NCBI RefSeq assembly: GCF_000002075.1
Contig: NW_004797280.1
Location: 1,628,701 to 1,691,073 of the forward strand
DNA length: 62,373 nt
Reading direction: 5' to 3'
Source of the DNA: Aplysia californica
Taxonomy: Eukaryota
Positions 40,501 to 51,000 of this stretch are shown here, one piece after another (within the stretch, counting starts at the first letter, position 1; each line of letters opens with the position of its first letter). The notes under the pieces were generated by a model. The model was not told the DNA's origin, did no database searches, and saw only the letters and a list, made by a program, of their open reading frames with translations. A program made the translations under genes and the position numbers.

Positions 40501-43500
40501 TTTTTTTTCTATTTGGTTGGTTGATTTTCATCCTGATTCATTTTTGACTGTACTTTTGTTTATAGTGTTAGTGTGAGTCTTGCTGTTGTGCTTTTGTCAG
40601 CGTGTCTGTTTGTTTGGTTTTTAGGCTGGAATGGCAGATATGGACCCGTGCATGCGACAGCAGTACATGTTGTGTTTACAACAGCAGCAACAGCTACAGC
40701 AACAACAGCAGCAGCAGCAGCAAATGAGGCACCGGGGCTCCCCCCACAGCCAACCCTACCCGACTCCTGTCTCTCCCTTATACTCGCCCACGCATCGGTC
40801 GCTAAACCACCAACGGCAAGCCACTAAGCCTTCATTGCACAATCACTCGCACCACATAGGCTCTCCGACTGGTTCCCCAACACACAGCACCCCCTTGCCC
40901 CCCAATCAGCAGCCACAGCTTCACCAGGCTCAGTTCTCACCCCCCATCCAGCCACAGCAACAACAACAACAACAACAACACACAAACCCCCAACAGCATC
41001 AGCATCAGCAACAACAACAACAACAACAACACCAGCGTCAGCAATCTCCCCTGTCGCCCCCGGTGCCTCAAGTGCACATCACCAACTGTGATGACCCGAG
41101 TACGCAGGTTGGTACCTTGTGTTACATGTTACATTTCCCCCGACCAGCTTACATAGAACATTCGCGTATGAGCTTATAGTCATGCACTGCATCGATATTT
41201 TCCTTCATGTGTCACATATTGTACGATGTATTGTCTTGTATTTATTAACTCACCAGCAGTGTATATCTTATGGTTTGTTAAACCAGTTTGCAGCCCTGTC
41301 CGCTGTATATACTTTTTAAAATATGTTTTCATTTGTTCATTTTGTAGTTTTCAGTCATTTTGGGATTTCAGAAGATGACTGTGTCAACCTGCTATTTTGA
41401 GAGAAAAGTTAAGATTAATTATGATTATATTGAGGTCATGAGAAGGGAGCTGGTTCAAATAGTCCTAGGGAAATGATGTTTTATTCATATTTGCCTTTAC
41501 AAGTACGTATCTTATAGACATGAGATTTGGGTTTAAATACTGTATTTGAAAGGGATATGTATAAGTAGATGAGTAATAATAAAATTGTCTTTCGCGTTCA
41601 GGTTTTTCTTTGTCCACCTTTCAAGGAAGTCACTTTTTATAGAACTTTCTTAGGTTTTTAAAATGTGGTTGAGAATGTGTGTAACACTGGTGCATGTTAA
41701 AATAATGGGAATAATATTAATATAATCTTTTAGCTTTACTATGTTGATCCATTTATATGAATTTGTTGAATCTTCTGAAGACAATGTTAACACAGTGTCT
41801 TGTGTTATATAATGTTAGTAGGCTGTACACCTGGTGTCCATGCTCTTGTCTGTGCCAGTGTTGAGTATGAAGTCCTTGTGTGCTTGACATTGTAATCCCA
41901 CCAAGCATGATGTGACGCGGCAGGCTTCAGTGTAGCACGGCTTCTCCTGATGTGTGTGTACTGTACCCGCTGCTTGGCCATCCTTTGGCAGTGGGCACCT
42001 GACTAGTCGGTAGTCACCTTGTCGTCCCTTTACCTGAATTCTGTTGACTAATTCTTCAGTTACTGCCAACTGTTCTAGGTGGTCCCTCATACTGTATTAT
42101 AGTGGTGCAGCTCCTCTGGGTATATTGGTTGGTCACTGGTTNNNNNNNNNNNNNNNNNNNNNNNNNNNNNNNNNNNNNNNNNNNNNNNNNNNNNNNNNNN
42201 NNNNNNNNNNNNNNNNNNNNNNNNNNNNNNNNNNNNNNNNNCATAACAGTATATAATGTCCCCTCAACATGATATCAAAATGCACTAAGAAGTACCAGAA
42301 CTCTATCTAGGTCAAGATGAAGTGGGTGGCTTGTGGATATTTTGGTATTTAGTTATCTTTCATCATTGTTGCTATTGTCCTTATCTGTTCCAGGCAAAAT
42401 GTGGCCGTTGTCACGCTGACTCGCTGTAAACCACGGCATAACAGTTCAACAGGGTGTCATTATGTAAATGTTGTGTTTGTAAAAGGGCAAATGGCAAAAG
42501 AGCTAGTGAAGAATGTTTTTTTTTCTCTATCTGTATTTCACAGGCGTCCATGACGCAGTACCGCAACAATGCGGTCTCTGAAACAAACTGCCAGTCTCCC
42601 ACCTCCCCCCATTCAGCCCCCTCTTACAGTCCTTCCCAGTCCCCTGGGCTGAACCCCACCACTCAAGCTGTCAACTCAACCTTCAGCGACTCATACTACA
42701 TTCAGCAGCAGCAGCAGCAGACCAACGCTCTGCAACATCAGTTCGAGCAGTTCAACATGGTCAGCACCTTTCTTTGTTTTTGGCTATTTTTTTTTCTTTC
42801 TCGGGCCCTTATTTTTGGTTTAATGGGGGTCCACCTTACTAGTAACAATGGGATATCATTCAGTTTTGCAGGCTGTTTACAACATCAGTTTTACTAATGG
42901 TACGCTCTGTGGTACTGTGTTCTCTCAAAGTATTGTGTCAATACCTTGTAGAATTCTATAAAATTCTGATAGTGTTTAGTTTTGTAGACTAAACTCTGAG
43001 GGATTCCAAGGTATTTCTTTGATAGTAAACTTTATGGGGAATGTTATTTTACTTCACAGAGTGAGATGTACTTGTATCATCACTTGGTCTCTTTAAGACT
43101 CTCAAAGTCATGGTCTTATCTTTGAGTGCACAGCCTTGTTTATATACTTCTATACTTGTGTGTTTATATAAGCTCAAGCCATCAAAAGATTGTACGTGCA
43201 AAGTAGTAGCATGTTCACTTTGTTGAAGGTCATCATAAGACAGTTTCTAGTGCTCTTTATCTTCCCCTCCTCCCTCCCCCCCTCCCTCTCTCTTCTGTCT
43301 GTCATCCTCCACTACCGTCTTTTTGTCTCTCTCTTTCTCTTACTGTCTCTCTCTCTCCCTCCATCCTTCCTTCTCCCCTCCCCTTTTTATCTTCCTCCCC
43401 TCATCTCGTTCAATTGCTCTCCCTTTGCTGTCTACATCTCTCTATGCCCTGTCCTATCATCTGCTTTATCTCCTTCCACTCTGCACTCTTACCTTCCCCT

Positions 43501-46500
43501 CTTTTCTTTTCCCCTCTCTCTGTCATGCCCTCTGTCTTTGTGTGTCTGTCTGTCTCTCTGTCTGTTTGTCTGCTTGGCCGTCTTTCTTTCTCTCTGTCTC
43601 TTTTCCTCTCTGTTTCTGTCACACACACACACGCACACACACTCACACACGCACACACACACACACACACGCACACACACACGCACCTGGCAGTCAAAAC
43701 AATTGTAACCTATAGATTAGATGTGAAAACTGTATGTTTGTCTTTCAATTGAAAATACTTCTCTTGTTCTGTGAGGCTATGATTTGAATTGCTTCTTTTC
43801 ACTCTTTGCAAAGGTTTTTTTTCATCTTGCTTAAAATATCAACATTAGCATGAAAACACTTTCTGCTTGTTACGTTTCTACTTTTCGAGGTTTTTAGTAA
43901 TTCAGTAACTGTATGCACCCTTATGATACGAAATATTTTGACCCAATGTTAAATTAAAAAACAAGCCTCATGAAGTGTCTTGTAAGCATCAGTTAGCAAG
44001 CTACTAGAACTATAGGTTTAATGTTGAACCCCTTTCATCTTGTAGAGAGACTGAAGAGGCTTTCTGAGTTAGCAGTCATATTTATCTCTGGCTTGCCACC
44101 AAGCACATGCACAACTTAGGACCACCAGTTATTGATGAAACTTTCTGCAGTAGGAAACTATTTTTCTCTCTCTTGATGTATTTCTGTATCTGTTTACAAT
44201 AAAGTAAGTTCAATGCCTACTTTTTGACAAATCAGCCTAAAATTTATTTGTATTTATAAAAGACTTGTACACTATTTCTCTGAAAACTTATGGGATTTTG
44301 TATTGTAAAAATTATGGAGAGAAGAAAGAGAAATACAGACGTTCTTGTAAAAAAATTGGAATTGAATGTTGAATGACTCTTGACCGTTTTCTTGTTGACC
44401 TTTCTTCAGAATCCTCCTGGGGACCCAACCACCATGGGCTCCACAGTCATGACCAGCAACGGCCTGGGTTTAGTCAGTAGCAGTAGCGCTAACAACATCA
44501 ACAGTATGGCCTTCTCCCAACAGCCGGGATTAGCATTACAGTACTCTCAGGTGAGTGGACGATGGGTGGTCTGTGCCTCATCAAGGACTAATACTTTACC
44601 AGTAACAACAGCTTTTGCAGTCACATGTTCATGGGCTCGATTTGCTCACCCTTACTCAATAGCATCTGTGATGATATAAAGAAGGATAATAGATGATTGG
44701 CTTTCTGTTAAGCTATTTTGCTTAGGATTTCTGGCAGTGAAATGGGGAAAATGATAAAATGTGTCACGCCGCAGTGGAATCGGTAGCTCGTTGGGGTTTG
44801 TGGAGTTATTGGTATCATCATAAAGCTTGTTCATTTGTGTGCTTTCAATGAAAGAAATATACATCTATCTTGAATAGAAGTTGAGATGTTTGTCATAGAA
44901 CGAGATGGGGATCACCTGGTTTCAGGGGTTCACCAAAGTTTGGTGACTTCCTTAGCTTGACAGTCCATGGAAAGTGAAAATTCACTCTTTTTTTAAAAAG
45001 TGCCTTAAATCAACGGTTTTCTGTAAAATCTACACAGAAATGTGCTTTTAAATGGACATTAGAGGTGTCGAATCAAAAAACAAAAATTCAATAAAAATTG
45101 CCAAACCGGCGTGAAAATGCTAGTTTCTTTGATTTAATTAATTTAACCTTTTCGCTGCCGCTCTCATAGAATTTACAGGCTTGAACCATGTAACGCTGAT
45201 CCTATGGCCCGTAGAATTTACGGGACTGTGACAGTGGTTGTTTAGATACCAATTATAAGGGAAGTTACTGCTAAAGTCTTGTACATATTATTGGGGTGCC
45301 TTCCCTTTATGTTTACCTCCATCCCCCCCCCCCCCATCCATTTGAAAGCGTCAGATTCAGATTTTAGCTGGAAGAGAAGATTAGATCTAGATGTAACACA
45401 TCTACCACACAAAAATGATTTACTGGCAGTAAACACAGATGGGCTTATATGTATTAAAATGGATTGTACGAGTGTTGTATAAGGTAGGGAAAGCCTCTTG
45501 TCACTTCTTTTTTACCTGTAAACACTCACACAACATGTATTCTTCTTCTTTTTTTTGGTCTCAGTTTATCATTACTCGAATGTGTGTTGTTCATGTTGTT
45601 TTGTGGTGTTGTTTTTGGCATCATGTTACTAACTCCAACTTTTCTCCATCTATCTCTATATCAATAGAAATGTGGTTCAACGTAGAAGGTACATGCAGAA
45701 ATTCATTAGGAAATATTCATAAATAAAAAAGTTATGAGAGGTAGAGTAGGGTCACCCCTGAGAAGCCCTGGTTCATGGTATTTCTCCCAGCACAGGGGTC
45801 TATTTACCTGCGGCATTGAAGGGGTTAATGACCCATGATTTCACCATATTTGCTCACAAATGAGTTCAGAAAGGTATTTCAACAAACCCGAGGTGCTCAG
45901 CGAAATTTGTATGGATGCAGACTGTGATGCAGAGGCAGATGACTGGAACAATGACCTTGATTATTTGGGAGTCTTCAGATGATGGGAGAGGAAAGGATCG
46001 AGAATAAATCTTGAAACAATTATCTCTGATTGAGAAGCAATTTACTCTTATAAGTAAATCAAGATCTAATCTCTCATGTCTATTTGGATCTGAGTCTGGA
46101 CAAAAGCATACCATGATATAACTGATTAGATCTTCCCTTTAGTGACTGAAACCAGAATATTTTTTTCAATGGAAATGTGTTCATATAAAGGGATACAGTT
46201 TAAACAGAATGTTGAAGTTTCATGTCTATAACGTAACAAGGGTCTGAGTTATTCATATTTGAGTGACTTACCTCTGATACAGTCAGAAAAAGGACGGCAG
46301 CTCCTGTTTTTGGGAACTGAAAGTCAAATGTGAGGCTGGTGCTATAAGTATTGAGATCATCTGTCAAGAGGCATAAGGCCATACATAATTTTTTTAGCAC
46401 AAATGAATTTTTGAAATAAATACCGGAGCAGCTCATTTAAATATCATTCAATTCTCTGACCTGCAGGCAGCCATGCTGGGACTGACTAGCTCGGATGACC

Positions 46501-48026
46501 TCTTCCAACCACATTTCCTGGGGCCTATTGATGTGATGGCTAGTGGTCAATCGGGCAGTCACCCATCAGTGTCCAGCAGCCGGCCTATGGCCCAGAGCAA
46601 CTCTGTTTCTTCACCCACTTCTGGCAGCAAGATTCCTGACATTGTTCTCACTGGTAAGGCAGAGGAAGATGTATTGCTTACAAGATATATCTTTCCTGAA
46701 GAGTTTATTTTTTAAGTCAAAGGATAAATGGGGTTGGGGGAGGGGTTGGTCTCCATATTGCATAAAAATTGATTGTAGCAGTCAGCTCGTATGATATTTT
46801 GTACTGCATGTTTCTGTGAGAAAAAGTATTTTTCTTCTTGCTCAATATTTTTGTTGTTGGCGGGAATGATGTGGTGATAATGAATAGAAAAGGTTGTTTA
46901 GGTTTTATAAGGCTTATATGGGGGCTTTTTGTTGTTTCTGTTCATTTGGAAAGTTGTTTTGGTAAGTTTGGGAGTTTTTTTTGTGAATTGATGAGTTCCC
47001 TTGTCAAATCTGTCGATCTTCACTTAAAAGTTTACTTATTAGCTACTTTTAGAAAATGTTTACTCCCGTGATACTAAATGTTACCCCGAGCAGCTGAGAA
47101 TGTTTCTGAGTTACCTTCTAGGGTCCCCTGGGGTAATAATTGTAAAGTATGTAGAGCATACTGTAGAGTGAGGGTGTGCACTGCACAAATGTGACTATTA
47201 TTATTGTTGTTACAAATTAATATGGATTTAATATTTTGATACTCTATAGTTGCAAAGGTTAAGAAGAATGAGGTTATTTCTCTTGGGTTTTTGTGTCTGG
47301 CACACAGTGTGAATACCGGTACTCTTGGCACACAGTGTGAATACCGGTACTCTGCACTGCAGGTGTAAATGATTAAATGAAAAGGATTTTTAAACCATTG
47401 ACATGATTTAACGAAAGTATTATTTTGTTTTATTTGTTTCTTTCAACAAAAGTTTTTCAATAGTTGTATGTTATAGGACTGTTGCTTTCAGGATATAGGG
47501 AAGGGCTTTTGGAAAAAAATATTGTCATGTTTTACATAGTTGAGTTATTAGACTTTTGTTCTCTGTCCTCTATACAGCCTAAAATGTCTGCATTTTGTAA
47601 CTTTAAATGTTTAGGTATGTGCAGTTGAAATAATGCAGATCTCTAAATTATTAACTGGATTTCATGCTCCTTGACCTTACCTGCAATTTTCATGGAGTAC
47701 GTTTGAGATGGAACGCTAAGAATGTGATGGTGTAGTGTGTTTTTTTTGGGGGGGTGAGGTTGTTGTATTTTGAGACTGAATCTTTCCATCTTTTTGTGTC
47801 TGCAGGTGCTGACGACTTGTGTCGGTTACCTCTAGATTTTGCCAAAGATTTGGGTAATGCCATCACGGGCATGACCGATGGATTTGACACTGACTTTCTC
47901 ACCAATGACGAAGCTTTCAAGGCTGGATTGGATCCGTTAGATTTGGAAGAAATTCAGATGTTAACAGATGCTAGTTTAGTTGCCGACCCTGCCACAGAAG
48001 ACACTTTCAAGTTGGACAGATTGTAA
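10455..48026 (+). CDS. CRTC: CREB-regulated transcription coactivator (CRTC/TORC), whole-gene span; 12 core exons, 751 aa
   Basis: join(10455-10565,19156-19299,19683-19811,22747-22811,32839-32939,33459-33567,34989-35337,40625-41107,42544-42759,44410-44550,46467-46653,47806-48026) = 2256 nt, open frame, all GT-AG. Family motifs: [81 protein letters not shown]. Confidence 0.96.
11262..12432. mobile_element. Non-autonomous inverted-repeat element (MITE-like) in CRTC intron 1
   Basis: Palindromic ctattctcacccc-a-ggtgagaatag-type motifs cluster at both ends; internal ~110-nt direct duplication. Confidence 0.55.
12799..13622. mobile_element. Tc1/mariner (pogo/Tigger-like) MITE
   Basis: TA|cagtcaaacctg ... 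caggttggacta|TA; repeated subterminal caggtggccgt motifs. Confidence 0.75.
14945..15152 (+). mobile_element. tRNA-derived SINE with CORE/V-like centre
   Basis: A-box-like tggccaagtgatt, B-box-like ggtttgagc, central gtgtccttgggaaag, tail ...gttgacaggggcattaaacc. Confidence 0.65.
15270..15431 (+). mobile_element. ~185-nt retroposon copy whose tail is interrupted by a DNA transposon
   Basis: Aligns to 2376-2560; the tail continues as ctaaagctaagaaac after 17419. Confidence 0.85.
15432..17417. mobile_element. ~2-kb non-autonomous Tc1/mariner-type DNA transposon
   Basis: 24-bp TIRs cagtagtctccgcctaaacgcacg / cgtgcgtttaggcgcagactactg (1 mismatch), TA duplication, subterminal gcgtgcgttt repeats; no recognisable transposase ORF. 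Confidence 0.88.
17444..18110. mobile_element. Possible MITE
   Basis: ccctaccaca (~17510) is inverted against tgtggtaggg (~18100); exact ends unclear. Confidence 0.35.
19156..19299 (+). CDS. CRTC: CRTC exon 2 (Q12 tract and [10 protein letters not shown])
   Basis: ctgacag|EPPRYQK(Q)12[29 protein letters not shown]|gtaagg. Confidence 0.95.
19683..19811 (+). CDS. CRTC: CRTC exon 3
   Basis: cccag|[43 protein letters not shown]|gtactg; resembles the CRTC1 LVDR...PHRR...DK segment. Confidence 0.9.
20950..22325. mobile_element. Possible Kolobok-like non-autonomous element
   Basis: Imperfect inverted ends taaaagaaaccacactcccct / aggggtggtcagtggtcccttta; CpG-rich interior unlike the flanking intron. 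Confidence 0.4.
22747..22811 (+). CDS. CRTC: CRTC exon 4
   Basis: tcacag|[23 protein letters not shown]|gtgagt; ends in phase 2. Confidence 0.95.
25534..25826. mobile_element. piggyBac-like MITE remnant
   Basis: TTAA|ccct ... aggg|TTAA. Confidence 0.5.
27150..27330. mobile_element. Fragment related to the 12799 MITE
   Basis: ggagaaaagtgg...caggtggccattagagcaggttcgactgta resembles both ends of 12799-13622. Confidence 0.55.
29164..29217 (+). CDS. CRTC: Candidate CRTC cassette exon 4a (54 nt, phase 2-2)
   Basis: Long pyrimidine tract, tttgccag acceptor, consensus CG|gtgagt donor, length divisible by 3 and open in the required frame: (S)[17 protein letters not shown](R). Confidence 0.65.
29357..29380 (+). 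CDS. CRTC: Candidate CRTC microexon 4b (24 nt, phase 2-2)
   Basis: tatttccag acceptor, weaker AG|gtggga donor; open in frame: (R)LNGHSPS(R). Confidence 0.4.
31489..32216. mobile_element. piggyBac-like MITE
   Basis: ccccttgactgct / agcaggcaagggg|TTAA inverted ends; left TTAA degenerate. Confidence 0.6.
32839..32939 (+). CDS. CRTC: CRTC exon 5 with the main regulatory serine (CRTC1 S151 / CRTC2 S171 equivalent)
   Basis: ttccag|[35 protein letters not shown]|gtaagt; phase 2 in and phase 1 out, fitting both neighbours. Confidence 0.9.
33459..33567 (+). CDS. CRTC: CRTC exon 6
   Basis: cttacag|(I)[37 protein letters not shown]|gtaagt. Confidence 0.95.
33630..34524. mobile_element. TTAA-flanked MITE (piggyBac-like)
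   Basis: TTAA|ctcattttcgccc ... gggcagggaatgag|TTAA. Confidence 0.55.
34989..35337 (+). CDS. CRTC: CRTC exon 7 (NNTGSLPDL site)
   Basis: ttttccag|(N)IYPSQEQ...[26 protein letters not shown]...GGPPSP|gtgagt. Confidence 0.95.
36822..36998 (-). mobile_element. ~185-nt retroposon copy, antisense
   Basis: Reverse complement aligns to 2376-2560; flanking repeat tcaacag(a/g)tttt. Confidence 0.85.
38450..39266 (+). mobile_element. Head-to-tail pair of ~390-430-nt retroposons with the shared hairpin tail
   Basis: Units at ~38451-38839 and ~38840-39240 align along their length; the pair is flanked by direct repeat caatgatagc (38440, 39267). Confidence 0.85.
40625..41107 (+). CDS. CRTC: CRTC exon 8, Q/H/P/S-rich low-complexity region
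   Basis: tttttag|[13 protein letters not shown]...[14 protein letters not shown]|gttggt; 161 codons, GC-rich coding-like composition, phase 0-0. Confidence 0.88.
42142..42241. other. Assembly gap (100 N) in CRTC intron 8
   Basis: Run of n; true size unknown. Confidence 0.99.
42544..42759 (+). CDS. CRTC: CRTC exon 9
   Basis: ttcacag|ASMTQYR...QSPTSP...[13 protein letters not shown]|gtcagc. Confidence 0.93.
43250..43686. repeat. Polypyrimidine (CT/TCTG-rich) tract followed by (CA)n
   Basis: Read directly; explains the cluster of spurious ORFs here. Confidence 0.92.
44410..44550 (+). CDS. CRTC: CRTC exon 10
   Basis: ttcttcag|[14 protein letters not shown]...LALQYSQ|gtgagt. Confidence 0.88.
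45147..45824. mobile_element. piggyBac-like MITE
   Basis: TTAA|ccttttcgctgccgc ... gcggcattgaagggg|TTAA. Confidence 0.6.
46467..46653 (+). CDS. CRTC: CRTC exon 11
   Basis: ctgcag|AAMLGLT...KIPDIVLT-G|gtaagg. The YSQ|AAMLGLT junction resembles CRTC1 YSQAAMMGLT. Confidence 0.92.
47806..48026 (+). CDS. CRTC: CRTC exon 12, TORC_C transactivation domain
   Basis: tctgcag|(G)[15 protein letters not shown]...[32 protein letters not shown] followed by TAA TAG. Confidence 0.97.
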
Positions 48027-51000
48027 TAGGCCCTGCGAAATGCAGGCTGGCAGAACAAAAGTGTTTGACTTACATTTGTACGCTTTGCTCTAATCAGAGC
48101 TTTTAAAGTTTGCTGACGAAAATTTCCCTGTTTATTAAGCACGGACAAGATGTCGCAGCTTTTATCCTCTTATATGTGTTCACCAACACTGTCGGTCTGC
48201 CTGTGGAGTTTCCTGCACATTGACAGAAAATTCTGGGAGAGGAGCAGCTTGTTTCTTCGAAGTAGGTGATCACAGAGAGTTGTGGTGCAGGTGTGCATGT
48301 GTGTGCTTGTGGTGCTCTAGGTGGCGACAATGTGTGCTGACAATCACTTGGCAGTCTGAACGGGTGCGTGTAGGACAGGATTGCTGACAGTGGATCCTGC
48401 TTCTAGTGGCTGTGTGTTCACAAAGACCCAGGAACATGTACAGGACTCACAGATGCAGCTGTAAGATCACAAGGACTTTGTTTTATCCTCTGCTTTATTG
48501 GTATTTTTTGCTAAAGTGATTTGTGATGGAATATTATGCTTTTTTTAAGAATCATTATAAAAGAAATTTACTCATGGGAAGCAAGCCTAACTCATTGTAT
48601 ATCAATCAATACTTCCTTCCCTCTTTCTTCCCAGCTTGGCCCTAGTACTGAAGTGGATGGAAGCAAATTAAAGATACATTTGGCATGTTTCAAGCATTCT
48701 TAGTTTACATAGTTTTGGGTAATTGCGCAAATCGACACTTGGTAAAATATTTGGTAAAGTAAAAGCCTAGTATTGTTCATAAAGCATAGAAATCTGTATT
48801 GTTTGTAAAGTACTGGTTTTTGTATCTGTTCACTGCATCCTTTCAGCTGTCATCTGTATGGAAGGTTAATTGGTTTATTAGCGCTTTCAGCATGTCTCAG
48901 CTTCTGCTTCACTTCGATTGACTGCTCATGAATGAAATTCTTTTATTGTCATTTTTATCATTTCTTCTCATAATGCAGAAACTCGTAGGTCATTTCACAT
49001 GGGAATGTTATACCACTTTTTTCTTTCCTCAAACCAACGTATTCAGTTGTTTTTTTTTTAAATGTCTGTTGTTATGGTGTTGTCTTTATTTAATGCAAAC
49101 TTATTGATATGCTCAGGTTTATTATGGATGAAAGATAACTTTTTGGAAGACACAGCATTCTTCAGTACAGTTTCTTTTCTTTTTTTCATTTCATCTTATG
49201 GTCACTGCTCTTCATCAACAATAACGCATGTTAAAATGAAGATGTCTTCATTTCTGGAGCTGCGCAGGCTTACTTTTTAATTTAATGAAAGCCTTGTTTT
49301 GAGTTGAGCTGAAAGAACAAAGGAAGAAATATAGTATTTCGTGCTAGCTTTTTTTAAACTCATCATGTCGTCTTTGCAGAATATCAATATTGCATTGGCA
49401 AGAGTAAATCATAAAGAGTATTTTAGGGGGAAAAACAATTTAGGAAATATTATGAACAATGCTTTGATGGGTAATGATGCCAGATGAATTGTCCTTTACT
49501 GTAAAGAGGAAAGATGATGTATGCTTAATTGTGTCTTCAGTGAGAAAAAGAAAATTGTGTGTGTCTTTGAACTCTTTATAGACTTAACTCTCATGTTTAA
49601 AGTTATGTTAAATGTAGGTAAGACAACTGTTGATGCAGAATCAGTCTTCAAATGTTAAGGAATTTTACTACCTGAAAAATTGAATGTGATGGAATTGATT
49701 TTGTGATATTTAGAGGAATAGGTAATGAGCTGTATTGCTTAAGGATGCTTATAGTAAACGACAAGAAATAATTATTTGTGAGGGTCTAATTGGGATCTTT
49801 TGTCCTTTAGTGTGGATGCACTTCTAGTTGTTGCTGTTATGCTCTCTGCTCTCTGCAGAGCGGGTGCTGTGGTCTTTGTACAGCAGAAACAAAAGTTCAT
49901 GTGACTGCTGTGCTCTTTTAGTATTAGTCGTTGAGAGGAGTTGCTGTTGTCTGCTGGACAAATGTCAAAGTTTGAGGCATTCTTTGCTTTCTTTTGTCAC
50001 AAATAGTGGACAGTTTGCGTTGTATGCTTCTGTTATGGAATCTTCTGCATATGAAGATGTGATGATTTTCTTTTTGGGGGTCTTAGGATTTCTTAGAATG
50101 ATCGTTTGAGAGCAGGTCACGCTGCAGTGTTTATCAGGGCTGCCCATCGCTACGAATTTGGTGGAATAGTCATGATTTTTATTCAATTTTACGAAAATAC
50201 GATTGTTTTACCTCTGATTCTGATTTTAGAAAGTTTCTGTTATCCCAACTCACTGCCAACCTTCCCAGTGTATAAGGGAAGAAAAACTACATACCCAGAC
50301 AGTCTACGTCACTATGTCACTTGAAGATGTCTAACTTTAACATCCTCTTTGCCTTGAGCCTTGTAGTCGTTCAGTGCCAGTTTGCCCCAAGAAAAACTTA
50401 AGATTTTAGAAGTGCTGAATCCAGGAGTAAGGTAAACATTAGGTTGACAGGGTGTTAGCAAATTCCTGTCTTTTTATGCTGTGTATGACAGCTAAGGCCA
50501 GTGAAAGATATTTTTATAAAGAAGGATCAGTGTTTGAAACATAGTACAAAAGCCCCCATTTCTTACCTTTTTTTAATTTAACTCCACCGGTGACGAGCCC
50601 ATCAAGACCTTTTTTTTTCATCATGCCTTTGTTTTCACTTGAGTTACTTTTACACTTGCCTGACTAAACCCCTGTCCTTGAAACCCCAACCCCGTAGAAA
50701 AAGACGATCCATAGCTCTATTACGAATTTTTAAGCCAGATTGCTAATTATCTATTTGCTGATTACTAAAACATATATGCTGGTGAGTGGGCAGCCCTGCT
50801 TTATGCTTGGTTTTCTGCATTTATTTTCTGGCAGATGCGCCTTTTTCATGTGAACTGCATTTCGTAGTAACACATCACATCAGATTTATCGTTTTTAGGA
50901 AGGGAAAAATTTAATCCATATATCACTTTTATAAAAGAGGGGTCTTTTTTGCTGTAGTTGGAAGTGATCTTTCAAATTATGTAAGACGAAATATATACAG

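Noticed and set aside
42394-42430. Possible extra exon after ttccag upstream of exon 9
   Set aside because: In-frame TAA in the required phase and no good donor.
43190-43752. Five overlapping ORFs up to 172 aa
   Set aside because: Translations of CT- and CA-repeat sequence; not protein-like.
48024-48029. Stop-codon readthrough at the CRTC C-terminus
   Set aside because: Tandem TAA TAG stops; the C-terminus ends at the family-conserved DRL.
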